IMG/VR virus record: IMGVR_UViG_3300008448_000004
Coordinates: 32,001 to 96,000 of that record
Direction: 5' to 3' (one strand)
Length of the DNA: 64,000 bases
From: a virus
Each line of letters opens with the position of its first letter. Position 1 is the stretch's first letter. The notes below the pieces were generated by a model. The model saw only the letters and a list, made by a program, of their open reading frames with translations, did no database searches and was not told where the DNA came from. The position numbers and the translations under genes were made by a program. Of this stretch, positions 46,805-55,523 are shown piece by piece.

Positions 46805-47695
46805 CTATTGAGTATTATTTTTTTTATCACAAATATCGGGTCTATCATTAAAAGGACAAAACTTACAAGAATCCCCAACATTTTTATAATATTCTTTTTC
46901 TACATAAGCTCCTTCAGAAGTAAAGCACTCTGTGATAAAAGATTGAAAATCTTCATAAGCTTTCTTTACTTTAGTCTTTCCGTGAGCTGGTTTGAATTCT
47001 TGCACTCTGTGAATAGGAAACTCTGCTATTTCGGGAACTTTTCTTTTTACAATAAAAAAGGTAACATCTACATCTTCTTCCGATACTTGATTCATATCTG
47101 CAAAAAATCTCTTATAGAGTAGTACCTGATTTACTTTTTTCTCGTCTTTCTTATCTTGATCGGTCCATCCTCTTGTAGATGTTTTTATATCGTATATACT
47201 GTATCTCTTAAGTTTTTTATCGTATAAGATAAAGTCGATAGCACCTTTGAGTGTAACATTGTCTATTCCCTTATTAGCTTGGGTTAAAACAGGTATCTCT
47301 ATACCTATAAGGTCTACATCACGTACAGAAAAATACCTGCTTCTCTTCTTTCTAACCCAGTCTAAGATAGCTAACCCATCTAGGTAGAACTCTTGCAATT
47401 CTTCTTTACTGGAAAAATGCTCGCCGTTATATTCTTGTACTCTTTTTTTATACTCCTCTATAAACCTTTGTTTAAAGTCTAAACAGAGATCCATTTTATC
47501 TGCTGCGGAAGCAGATTGGGTGTACATGACTTTAAGCCATAGCTGTAGTGTCTCGTGAATACTTGTACCGAAGACTAGATGTATCGAAGGTTTAAAATTA
47601 TAGAGACCTTTTACATACTGGGAATACCATAGATAAGGACAAGTCTTATAGAGAGAATACTGTGAGTAAGAAACAGTTTTTTTCTTTCTAGCCAT
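46805..47695 (-). CDS. PD-(D/E)xK nuclease (RecB/Cas4-like)
   Basis: SYSQ..Y..CP, GAID..DIKT, C-terminal CKFCPF..C. Confidence 0.85.
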   Translation of the reverse strand: MARKKKTVSYSQYSLYKTCPYLWYSQYVKGLYNFKPSIHLVFGTSIHETLQLWLKVMYTQSASAADKMDLCLDFKQRFIEEYKKRVQEYNGEHFSSKEELQEFYLDGLAILDWVRKKRSRYFSVRDVDLIGIEIPVLTQANKGIDNVTLKGAIDFILYDKKLKRYSIYDIKTSTRGWTDQDKKDEKKVNQVLLYKRFFADMNQVSEEDVDVTFFIVKRKVPEIAEFPIHRVQEFKPAHGKTKVKKAYEDFQSFITECFTSEGAYVEKEYYKNVGDSCKFCPFNDRPDICDKKNNTQ

Positions 47696-47969
47696 TTGTT
47701 TTGTTCTTCAGCTCCTGCTCTATTCGAGTAATATATAGAAGCCCGTCCATCAACTCTTCTCTAAAGTGCTGGATCCAGTCAAGCAATTCAAGGTCTGTTC
47801 TATCTAAATCAGTACCGTATTTAGCTTTGCCTTTCTTAGCTCTTTCAAGAAACATTTCTCTAACATTCTGAACGATAGAGTCTGGTTGGAAGTTATTCTC
47901 CATCTTGTACTCCTTTAAGTGGTTCAGGGATGAACTCTTCGTTAACGTGACTGCATTTAGAGCAGGCAA
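47688..47969 (-). CDS. All-alpha NTP pyrophosphatase-like protein
   Basis: G..KYG..LD..D...W..H..EE.MD..LY motif. Confidence 0.55.
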   Translation of the reverse strand: MPALNAVTLTKSSSLNHLKEYKMENNFQPDSIVQNVREMFLERAKKGKAKYGTDLDRTDLELLDWIQHFREELMDGLLYITRIEQELKNKTNG

Positions 47970-48129
47970 AAGTGGGTATAGGTAGAACAGAATCTCTGCT
48001 TGAGGCTGTTAGAAATTTAGAAACCTTTCTCAGATATAATACCTCTTTGAAAGTATCGTTGGAGCATTCTTCACATACGATAGGAAGTGTTTTTTCTATC
48101 TGTAAATTAATCTGACCTTGTTCTTGCAT
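47893..48129 (-). CDS. Small zinc-finger protein
   Basis: CEEC..CSKC. Confidence 0.6.
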   Translation of the reverse strand: MQEQGQINLQIEKTLPIVCEECSNDTFKEVLYLRKVSKFLTASSRDSVLPIPTFACSKCSHVNEEFIPEPLKGVQDGE

Positions 48130-48177
48130 AATTGTTTATTTTAAAAATAAGAATTTAATATTAATGAGCAAACTTTT

Positions 48178-50487
48178 TTAGTGACCATCTCTAAGATTAT
48201 GTGCTAGCTCCGGTGGTGCTTTTAAGGTAATACCGGAAGGTTGAGTTGTTGTCTCCATTAAGTGTTTGACAATTTTAGCAGCTTCTTGTGCTTGTTCTTC
48301 TTTAACTAAAATTACTAGCTGGTCATGTATCTGGGCAACAACTTGTCCGTCCCAACCCTTCTCTCTAAACGCTCTGTTAATGGCTAGAGCAGCTCGGTTA
48401 ACTACTGATGCAGCGTAAGACTGGATCTGAAAGTTTAGTACGTTATTTAGTCCGTTACGGTAATCTCTATATAGATTCATAACTACTTCTTTGCCGTATT
48501 CAGTCTCTAATTCTTTTCGCACTCTCCAGTCCATTATCCTATCTTGCATACTCTCATAGACCTCTTTCACAACAGGTAAATGTCTGATGCGACCAACTGC
48601 ATTTTTAATATAGCCGTTTTCTTTAACAAACTCCCTAGATTTATTAATCCAGTTTGCAACTCCCGGGAATCCTTCTAGATAAGCAGCGTGAAGTCTTTCT
48701 CCTTCTTTCTGCGGTACTCCTAGTGACATTGCAAGAGCGTAAGGAGACATACCATAAGCAATACCCAGTGAGTAAGCTTTAGCTTTATTACGCTTAGGTG
48801 CATCTAGCTTCTTAAGAAAGTTAGGTGCTTTCTTATCTGCAGAGACTCCTTCTAGTTTTTCAGTCTTAATAGCCACGTAAGAATAGAAATCATATCCAGT
48901 ATCGAATATCTCTTGCAAGTTTTTATCATCCGATATAGATGCAAAAAGATGCGGTTCCAAGGATTCGTAGTCACAATCAATAAAAAGATATCCTGGATCT
49001 GATACAAAGAATGCTCGTATCTGGTTTGTATATTTGATGATAATTTCAGCAGCTTCGCCATCTTCCTTCGGTCTTGGCAGCTGTTGAAGGTCAGATCCGT
49101 ATCGTCCTGATACAGTTCCGTTTTGTTTAAAGTAGGGGTAAAATCTTCCATCTTCTGCGCTAGTTAAAAACCTATCTACATAGGCAGATTTAATCTTCAA
49201 AAGCTTATTATAAATACGTAAATTTTCTGCCCAGGTGTGTTTATCTGAGATAGCTTGGATCATATCGTCGTCAAATTGCGGCTTGCCTTTTGTTGTTTCG
49301 GATAAAGGTTTAATACCTAGTACATCAAAAGCTATCTTACCCATTTGATCTTTTGACTGTATATTAAAGTAATCCCCGTTAGACTCTCTCCACAACTTCA
49401 AGCTAATCCTGGCGATCTCGGTTATATCTAGAAAAGACTTGTCTCCTGTTAAAAGAAAAAACTTAAGGTTACTATCAGGTAGTATAGATATTACTGCTTT
49501 ATTTAAAGTATACTTTCCGGATTTATCCGATTTAGGTAGGTTAAGTTTGTGATGCTCTACAAGAGCTTGAGCAAAGCCTCCTTTGTGTGAGGGAGGGTAT
49601 TCGGCTGTTGCCTGGTCTATAATCCACTTTCGTATTTTAGTATTAGCTAGAAGTTCATCTGTGACTGCTTTTTTATAAGCTTCTAGATCTTTCTCAATTT
49701 CATTCTTAGTTGCTTGTATAAGAGGTATGTCTAACATAATACCTTTTTCCTCCATCGGAATAGTTACTTCTCTATAAAGAGGCATTACTTCGTCTTCAAA
49801 GAAAAACTTATGTAGTCCTTCCTCGACAAGCTTTGTCATAAAGTGGTTGTATATCCTCAAAGTTAAGTCAGTATCGGCTGCAGCGTATTCTGAGAGTATG
49901 TTTAGGTCTGCTTTGTAGATCTCGTAATTATCTTTAGTGGTTGAACCTCCATTCTTCTTAATGCTATCTTTGAGTGCAACCTGCTCTTTGTTAGCTCTCT
50001 CCTCTACATCTAATCCAATCTCTTTCTGTACCATAATTGCAATCTCTTTCAATCCGAAAGGTTTACCTCCGAATCCAAAAGCGCCTTCTTCCCTAACGGT
50101 ATGTACGAGTAATGCAGTATCAGCATGGAGAGAAGGTAGTAGGTCTACTCCATAAAAGTTTTTCGTGAATCGAACGTCGAAAGAGGCATTGTGCATAACA
50201 AGCTTCTTACCTACTAGCATTTCAATAATCTTTCTAGCTAAGGTATGTGCACCAGTCCCTTCTATAATGACTTCTTCTAGAGCTTGCTTATCAGAATTCC
50301 AGACCATAACAGGAAAGTAAAAACCTATTCCTATTTCTCCTGAGACTGAGAATCCAATTACTTTTCCTTTTCTTACGTTAAGACTGTTAGTCTCAGTATC
50401 GAAGGCAATATACTCTGAGTCTTTAATATGCTGGTAGAGTAGCTTTAAAGATTCTTTGTCTGTAACTGTATAGTACTTTTTTTCCAT
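48178..50487 (-). CDS. polA: Family A DNA polymerase with 3'-5' exonuclease (no 5'-3' exo)
   Basis: ExoI AFDTET, ExoII HNASFD, ExoIII YAAAD; motif A DYESLEPH, motif B KAYSLGIAYG, motif C IHDQ. Confidence 0.95.
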   Translation of the reverse strand: MEKKYYTVTDKESLKLLYQHIKDSEYIAFDTETNSLNVRKGKVIGFSVSGEIGIGFYFPVMVWNSDKQALEEVIIEGTGAHTLARKIIEMLVGKKLVMHNASFDVRFTKNFYGVDLLPSLHADTALLVHTVREEGAFGFGGKPFGLKEIAIMVQKEIGLDVEERANKEQVALKDSIKKNGGSTTKDNYEIYKADLNILSEYAAADTDLTLRIYNHFMTKLVEEGLHKFFFEDEVMPLYREVTIPMEEKGIMLDIPLIQATKNEIEKDLEAYKKAVTDELLANTKIRKWIIDQATAEYPPSHKGGFAQALVEHHKLNLPKSDKSGKYTLNKAVISILPDSNLKFFLLTGDKSFLDITEIARISLKLWRESNGDYFNIQSKDQMGKIAFDVLGIKPLSETTKGKPQFDDDMIQAISDKHTWAENLRIYNKLLKIKSAYVDRFLTSAEDGRFYPYFKQNGTVSGRYGSDLQQLPRPKEDGEAAEIIIKYTNQIRAFFVSDPGYLFIDCDYESLEPHLFASISDDKNLQEIFDTGYDFYSYVAIKTEKLEGVSADKKAPNFLKKLDAPKRNKAKAYSLGIAYGMSPYALAMSLGVPQKEGERLHAAYLEGFPGVANWINKSREFVKENGYIKNAVGRIRHLPVVKEVYESMQDRIMDWRVRKELETEYGKEVVMNLYRDYRNGLNNVLNFQIQSYAASVVNRAALAINRAFREKGWDGQVVAQIHDQLVILVKEEQAQEAAKIVKHLMETTTQPSGITLKAPPELAHNLRDGH

Positions 50488-50522
50488 ACAGTAAATATAA
50501 GGAATTTATAGCGTTATTCAAA

Positions 50523-51302
50523 CTATAAAATGTTCTTAGAGCTTCTCTCAAGTCTCTGTTGTTCATCTTGGAACCACCTCCATTTTATATATCTCCAGTC
50601 TGATAACACTCTACTACCGGGGTGTCCTTCTCTTGCGTTTTGAGAATTCCTCATTAGCTCTTTAGTACTTTCAACTTCTCGATATCCCTTTTCCCAGCCT
50701 ATTTTTTCTATTAATTTTAGAGCTTCTGGTGAGTGGGTTGTTCCGTAATGTATATATCGGTAAGTAGAGTCTTTTGGTGCTCTTATTTCCGGGAAATACT
50801 GGGCGATACCGTGCATGTAACCGTCGAAGTATAGTATATCTCCGAATAAGCCGGATGAAGTATTGTTACCGTGTTTCTGCTCTATCCATTCGTATATACT
50901 ACGGTGTGTTGCAGGAAACCAGCAATAGGGTGCTGAGAATATAAAAGAAGGTATTTCGTAGTACTCTTCGAGTCTGTATTTTAAATCTCCCGGATCTGTT
51001 AGTATTGCATCATCATTCCAGATCTGTAAATAGCGCCCTGTAGCTACTCCGTAGAGAGAGTTGTGGTACTCCGGAAGATCCATATAACCTCGTCCTTGCG
51101 GGGATACGATAACTTTCAAATCCGGGCCAGCTAATTTTCTCAAAGCCTCAAAACTAGCAATATCATCGTCATCGATTTTCACACATATCTCTATTGACAT
51201 ATGTTGTCCAAATCCGTTTCGTAGACTTGAAATACATTGATCTAATATTTCAGCTCGGTTTCGAGTAGGGAATAAAATACTGAGCAGAGGGGTGTTGTTC
51301 AT
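50523..51302 (-). CDS. GT2-like glycosyltransferase
   Basis: LSILFPTR.R, KIDDDD, WNDDA; paralog of the next ORF. Confidence 0.7.
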   Translation of the reverse strand: MNNTPLLSILFPTRNRAEILDQCISSLRNGFGQHMSIEICVKIDDDDIASFEALRKLAGPDLKVIVSPQGRGYMDLPEYHNSLYGVATGRYLQIWNDDAILTDPGDLKYRLEEYYEIPSFIFSAPYCWFPATHRSIYEWIEQKHGNNTSSGLFGDILYFDGYMHGIAQYFPEIRAPKDSTYRYIHYGTTHSPEALKLIEKIGWEKGYREVESTKELMRNSQNAREGHPGSRVLSDWRYIKWRWFQDEQQRLERSSKNIL

Positions 51303-52294
51303 AGTATATTCTCTTTTTTAAGTAATTCAAATAGATCACAGACTTCTGCTTGATATGCCTTCTTTAGCGTAGGCCTCTTTTTTAAAAAACTTAACTTCTG
51401 CTCAAGGGTAAGCTGTGTGTATTGGTACCAGTTAAAAAATACTAAGTCTAATATACTCCATTCGTCGTATGTTCTTCTAGCGCTAGGATGGTACATTAGC
51501 CCGGGGTCATTGCGATTTATACTACTTTTATCTTCTATTACCGGTTGCCATCCGGCTTCCCATCCTACCTCTGCTATTAATGCAGATACATCTTCTGATT
51601 TATATTCGTTGTGGGAGTTTATAATCCTATCACCTTCCCAGTGAGAATATTCGTAAGTTGCGATATCTTCAAACTGAAGGAGTTCATACTCTTCCGGGCT
51701 TATGTGTCCTTTGACAGAAACTTTTACGTGGTCTGCGAAGTAGACATCCACAAAGACCATACCTTCGAAGATATGTCTATCCCCTCTATACCCGTGTGTT
51801 TCTCTTAAACGTTCCCATATACCCCAGTGTATAATTCTAAAGTAACATTTTTCTCCTCGAGCCTCAGATCTAATAATACACGGTAGGTCTTTATTCCTGT
51901 TAAGGAGTATTTGCGCTAAATTACCGGGAGTATCCAACCAGGCATCGTCGTTCCACAACATAAGGTAGGTTCCGTTACTTATACTGGCTAAATCATTCCA
52001 GTACTTGCCCATAGACCCATATCCTTCTCCTCGTTCTGATATTATATAACGAACGTTTGGGTATTTAATTTTTGAGATCGCTTGAATTGTTTCATGGTCG
52101 TCTGTGTCTACTTTAATGCAAATTTCAATAGGTATTTGCTCTCCTATAGTATCTCTAAGTCTATCGATGTTTTTTTTGAGTATCTTACTTCTATAACGAG
52201 TGGGGTACATTATAGAAAGAAGCGGTATGTTTTCCGGACGTTTATAATTGCAATGCTCCCAAAAAGGAAAGCTATGTATGTACTCTCTAATCAT
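51299..52294 (-). CDS. GT2-like glycosyltransferase
   Basis: LSIMYPTR.R, KVDTDD, WNDDA. Confidence 0.7.
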   Translation of the reverse strand: MIREYIHSFPFWEHCNYKRPENIPLLSIMYPTRYRSKILKKNIDRLRDTIGEQIPIEICIKVDTDDHETIQAISKIKYPNVRYIISERGEGYGSMGKYWNDLASISNGTYLMLWNDDAWLDTPGNLAQILLNRNKDLPCIIRSEARGEKCYFRIIHWGIWERLRETHGYRGDRHIFEGMVFVDVYFADHVKVSVKGHISPEEYELLQFEDIATYEYSHWEGDRIINSHNEYKSEDVSALIAEVGWEAGWQPVIEDKSSINRNDPGLMYHPSARRTYDEWSILDLVFFNWYQYTQLTLEQKLSFLKKRPTLKKAYQAEVCDLFELLKKENIL

Positions 52295-52985
52295 AATTAT
52301 AAAAATATTTTACTAAATTCTCATAAGACTTACTTCTGTATGTGGAGTCTAAATCAAAGATAGGATTTTTGTAGTTAGACATGCTATTAGTGTATAAATC
52401 TACTCCTAGTTCTATAGTTGAATTAAAATAACGTTTTACTTCTTTTAGTTCAATAATATCCTCAGATACAAAATCAATAACACCGCTATAGTGTTTATAA
52501 TCTCCTGTTGTAATAAATCTGAGGATATCTTGCATTAGTATGTAGTTGAAAGTAGACTCTCCACTAATACCAATTCGTCCTATGTTTGCTTTTAGTTTTG
52601 TAGCGTGATTAGGTTTCATAGTATCTCCGAACATCATAGGACACCTTAAGATCAAGTCATAGCTATCTAATAGACTTTCCGCAAAGCGTTTAAAAAGAGC
52701 ATAGACAGTCGGAGAAGTTTGGTATACGTCAACTGTTGATATATAGACAAAATATTTATGCGGTAAAGCTTTTAGCTTTTGAGTCAAGAAGATATTATCT
52801 TCCATATACTTCTTGTAGTCTGTTATAGGATACTCCTTATTAAAAGCGCAGTGTATTATTGTATTGTAACCTTCTTCTGAAAGACTATCAAAATTAACTC
52901 TACTCAATCCCTGAGATCCTGGGATGTTTATATGTAAGTATTTACCGAGACCGCTTCTGATGCCTGTAATAAGAAAATCATTCAC
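52287..52985 (-). CDS. NAD-dependent epimerase/reductase (short extended SDR)
   Basis: TGIRSGLG, IIHCA, YISTVDVY, YALFK (YxxxK). Confidence 0.75.
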   Translation of the reverse strand: MNDFLITGIRSGLGKYLHINIPGSQGLSRVNFDSLSEEGYNTIIHCAFNKEYPITDYKKYMEDNIFLTQKLKALPHKYFVYISTVDVYQTSPTVYALFKRFAESLLDSYDLILRCPMMFGDTMKPNHATKLKANIGRIGISGESTFNYILMQDILRFITTGDYKHYSGVIDFVSEDIIELKEVKRYFNSTIELGVDLYTNSMSNYKNPIFDLDSTYRSKSYENLVKYFYNYD

Positions 52986-52991
52986 AGTATT

Positions 52992-53528
52992 TTATTTTGT
53001 ATTATAGTACTCTGTGTGTTCTATAACCAAAGTTGACTTGGTATCTGAACGTAAGTATGCATGTTGGTAAGCGGATATTGCTTGGTCAGGTTCGGTTAGT
53101 TCAATAACATCTACGTCTGTTAACATTTGCTTTATAGCTTCTGTGTGATTTTGTGAATGTTGGGGTCCTGAATGTAGTGGTGTTTTTGCTCCGATTCCTA
53201 CTCGTATAATAACTTTAGGTGTTAAAATTCCTTTAGACATCTCATTCATCTTATCTAGATGATTTACGAGTTGATTCATAGCTAAAATAAAAAAATCAAA
53301 ACGAGGGTAGCAAGTGATCGGTACGAAGCCTTCTAATGCAAGGCCTGTCGACATTCCCATCTGAGTTTCTTCAAATACAGGAAGTTCTATTCTCTTCTCT
53401 AGAGGAACATTCACCAATGTGCTAGATAAAGCGTGGCCACTTACCTTTACTGCTTGTCCTAAAAAGACTGTATTAGGTTGATTCCCTAACCAGTTCATTG
53501 CTTCTATAATTGCTTCTCTATATTTCAT
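52992..53528 (-). CDS. TPP-dependent enzyme, E1-beta/transketolase pyrimidine-binding domain only
   Basis: VFLGQ.V, IELPVFE..Q.G.S.GLALEG, HSGPQHSQ; 178 aa. Confidence 0.85.
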   Translation of the reverse strand: MKYREAIIEAMNWLGNQPNTVFLGQAVKVSGHALSSTLVNVPLEKRIELPVFEETQMGMSTGLALEGFVPITCYPRFDFFILAMNQLVNHLDKMNEMSKGILTPKVIIRVGIGAKTPLHSGPQHSQNHTEAIKQMLTDVDVIELTEPDQAISAYQHAYLRSDTKSTLVIEHTEYYNTK

Positions 53529-54160
53529 TAGAAGTTAACCCATTTACCTGTTCCGTGATGTGGATATTTCATTTCATAAGTATAATATATAACTTTATTA
53601 GGAATTACACATCGCTTACCCCAGGCTGATTCTGTATTTGTATGTACACTATTGTTGTTATCTTCTACAACAAACTGCAAAGGTAGATCGAAGTTTTGAG
53701 AATACTTATAAGCTTCCCAAAATACACCTGTTTCAAAAGTCATATCTCCAATAAAGCACCAGACTTTATCTTTTGAATTCTTTAGCTTGAGTCCTTGTGC
53801 TACTCCTAAAGCAATAGGTATGATGCCTCCTACAATTGAAGATGTGTAGAAGTTAGGATCTGAGTTTATTATACCCATGCTTCTACCTTCTATGATCCAA
53901 TCGCGTAATTTACCGGGATTAACTCCGTGAAGTAATGCATGGTAGTGGTTTCTCCATGCAGAGAATACCCAGTCGGTAGGGGAGATATACTGAAAGAGTT
54001 TGATAAGTTCTGGTTCGTTATTGCCGGATAGGTGTATTGGACCTTTTATTTGCCCTTGCTCGTATAAAGCTTTTATATTATCTTCGAAAGAAGATAGATC
54101 TTCGGCAGTTAGTATAACGTCCCTTCTCTTTTCAAAACTAAAATTAACCGGAAAATGCAT
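53528..54160 (-). CDS. TPP-dependent enzyme, E1-alpha-like subunit (short)
   Basis: GPIHLSG, WRNHYH, IVGG.IP.A.G, TPP motif GDMT..EDNNNS. Confidence 0.85.
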   Translation of the reverse strand: MHFPVNFSFEKRRDVILTAEDLSSFEDNIKALYEQGQIKGPIHLSGNNEPELIKLFQYISPTDWVFSAWRNHYHALLHGVNPGKLRDWIIEGRSMGIINSDPNFYTSSIVGGIIPIALGVAQGLKLKNSKDKVWCFIGDMTFETGVFWEAYKYSQNFDLPLQFVVEDNNNSVHTNTESAWGKRCVIPNKVIYYTYEMKYPHHGTGKWVNF

Positions 54161-54197
54161 TTGATGCTTTTATATAAATATGCATCAATCTAAAAAG

Positions 54198-54284
54198 TAC
54201 CTAGGGCGGGAATCGAACCCGCACGACCTTTTTCGGGTCAAAGGATTTTAAGTCCTTCGTGTCTACCTGTTCCACCACCTAGGC
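54198..54284 (-). tRNA. tRNA-Leu(TAA)
   Basis: Cloverleaf with long variable arm, loop CTTAAAA, A73, no encoded CCA. Confidence 0.93.
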
Positions 54285-54314
54285 ATACGCTACTGTTCTT
54301 TGACGTTTTTTATT

Positions 54315-54626
54315 TTATCCTTTTAAAATTTGTTTACTGCTCGATAACTTACTTTCAAGCTTATCACAGCGTGAATCTATTGTTCTGTAAATATCCTGTG
54401 CGATATCATCAGTCTGTTTTTGAACTTCGTTAATTCGCTGAAAGATATTTCCAGATTCGGTACTTATTGATCGGTAGATATGATCAGTGTTCTCATGTAA
54501 AACCTGTCTTAGGTCTCTGATCTGTGTGTTTAAATTGTTTACCCTAACGAAAGCATAAACAGCAACTGCTGCAATAGCAACAACCGCCACGAATGCTATC
54601 CCTAAACTAAATGATAATAGTTCCAT
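54315..54626 (-). CDS. TM plus coiled-coil protein (..DSRCDK..)
   Basis: Start re-placed at MELLSF (track start overlaps tRNA-Leu); paralog of 57480-57782. Confidence 0.65.
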   Translation of the reverse strand: MELLSFSLGIAFVAVVAIAAVAVYAFVRVNNLNTQIRDLRQVLHENTDHIYRSISTESGNIFQRINEVQKQTDDIAQDIYRTIDSRCDKLESKLSSSKQILKG

Positions 54627-54663
54627 AATTTGTTTCTCCTTATATGTCAAAGAACAGTAGCTG

Positions 54664-54745
54664 TGCTCCATGAGAGACTCGAACTCTCAAGCCTTGCGGC
54701 ACCAGATCCTAAGTCTGGCGTGTCTACCAATTTCACCAACGGAGC
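54664..54745 (-). tRNA. tRNA-Leu(TAG)
   Basis: Cloverleaf, loop CTTAGGA, long variable arm. Confidence 0.93.
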
Positions 54746-54750
54746 GGTGC

Positions 54751-54828
54751 GTCCCAGTTTGAACAGATAATGTGCTGTTCTCTCATTGCTCCCGTATACG
54801 ACACCTGCGTACCTCGTAGGAGTGGGAC
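54751..54828 (-). ncRNA. Candidate three-way-junction RNA of unknown class
   Basis: Stems GTCCCA/TGGGAC, CTCC-TACGA/TCGTA-GGAG and GAACAG/CTGTTC; ends 5 nt before tRNA-Leu. Confidence 0.4.
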
Positions 54829-54845
54829 TACAACATCAACGAGCG

Positions 54846-55388
54846 TTAATAGAGAATATTGGTTACTCCTGCTATTAACTGACCTTGTTTTTGAAAAGCA
54901 TCTTCTTCCCAAGGCCTCTTTTCATAGGTAACATTTTCTAAATTAAATTCTTCGCCTTTCCAGTATACAATTCCTGTATTTTGGTCATAGGAGATGTCGC
55001 CGTCTTGGTATTGTGTGAGATGTATTGTTTCGTGGGAAAGTACTTCGATAGCATCTTCTCTATCTAGCTCTGCAATAAACAGGTAGTATATGCCATTGAA
55101 AGACCTAATATGAGCTTTAAGTTCGCCGTCAAACTGCGACTTTGCTTGGTCTGAGAGAGGGTTAATAACAACGGTGATGCCTGTTAGTCCGGCTTGGTCT
55201 AGAGCTATGCTTAGAGCAGTGTCGTAGTAAGTAGGCATACTGTTATTTACTACAGAATTGTTAAACGGTAATTCGACTTGCTTATAAGGCTCTTCTTGAG
55301 TGAAGTTGTTAGCCATCAATATTCCCGCTACTATTAGCAGTGTAACTACTCCGGTAGCTATTCCAATTTTTTTCCAGTTTGATTTCAT
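54846..55388 (-). CDS. Membrane-anchored putative zinc metallopeptidase
   Basis: N-terminal TM, LSHETIHLTQY (HExxH), RPWEEDA. Confidence 0.7.
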   Translation of the reverse strand: MKSNWKKIGIATGVVTLLIVAGILMANNFTQEEPYKQVELPFNNSVVNNSMPTYYDTALSIALDQAGLTGITVVINPLSDQAKSQFDGELKAHIRSFNGIYYLFIAELDREDAIEVLSHETIHLTQYQDGDISYDQNTGIVYWKGEEFNLENVTYEKRPWEEDAFQKQGQLIAGVTNILY

Positions 55389-55404
55389 TGTTGATAATTT
55401 TTAG

Positions 55405-55510
55405 CAGCCAGGGGAGGAATCGAACCTCCACGCTTAAATTAAGCGGACACTAAAAGTGCCTGTGTATATCCTTCGGTAGTCATATGCCTACACGTTTTCA
55501 CCACCTAGCT
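55405..55510 (-). tRNA. Non-canonical tRNA-like gene (TTT-centred loop, long variable arm, 34-nt D-loop)
   Basis: Acceptor AGCTAGG/CCTGGCT+G, T arm GGAGG-TTCGATT-CCTCC, variable hairpin GCTT-AATTT-AAGC, anticodon arm GGCA-CTTTTAG-TGTC. Confidence 0.7.
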
Positions 55511-55523
55511 TTTTATGCCTTTA

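Noticed and set aside
52992-54160. Pyruvate dehydrogenase or transketolase as a central-metabolism AMG
   Set aside because: Both subunits are truncated, there is no E2/E3, and the context is nucleotide-sugar synthesis
17323-54671. 5' extensions of track ORFs 17323-17865, 21239-21619, 25442-25858, 33371-33739 and 54315-54671
   Set aside because: The extensions run through a promoter, an upstream gene, the tmRNA or a tRNA. Downstream Met codons were chosen instead
54751-54828. Definite hammerhead or HDV/theta ribozyme call
   Set aside because: The core reads CAATGAGA/AAAC rather than CUGAUGA/GAAA, and no convincing HDV P1/P3 pairing could be placed. Kept only as an unclassified structure
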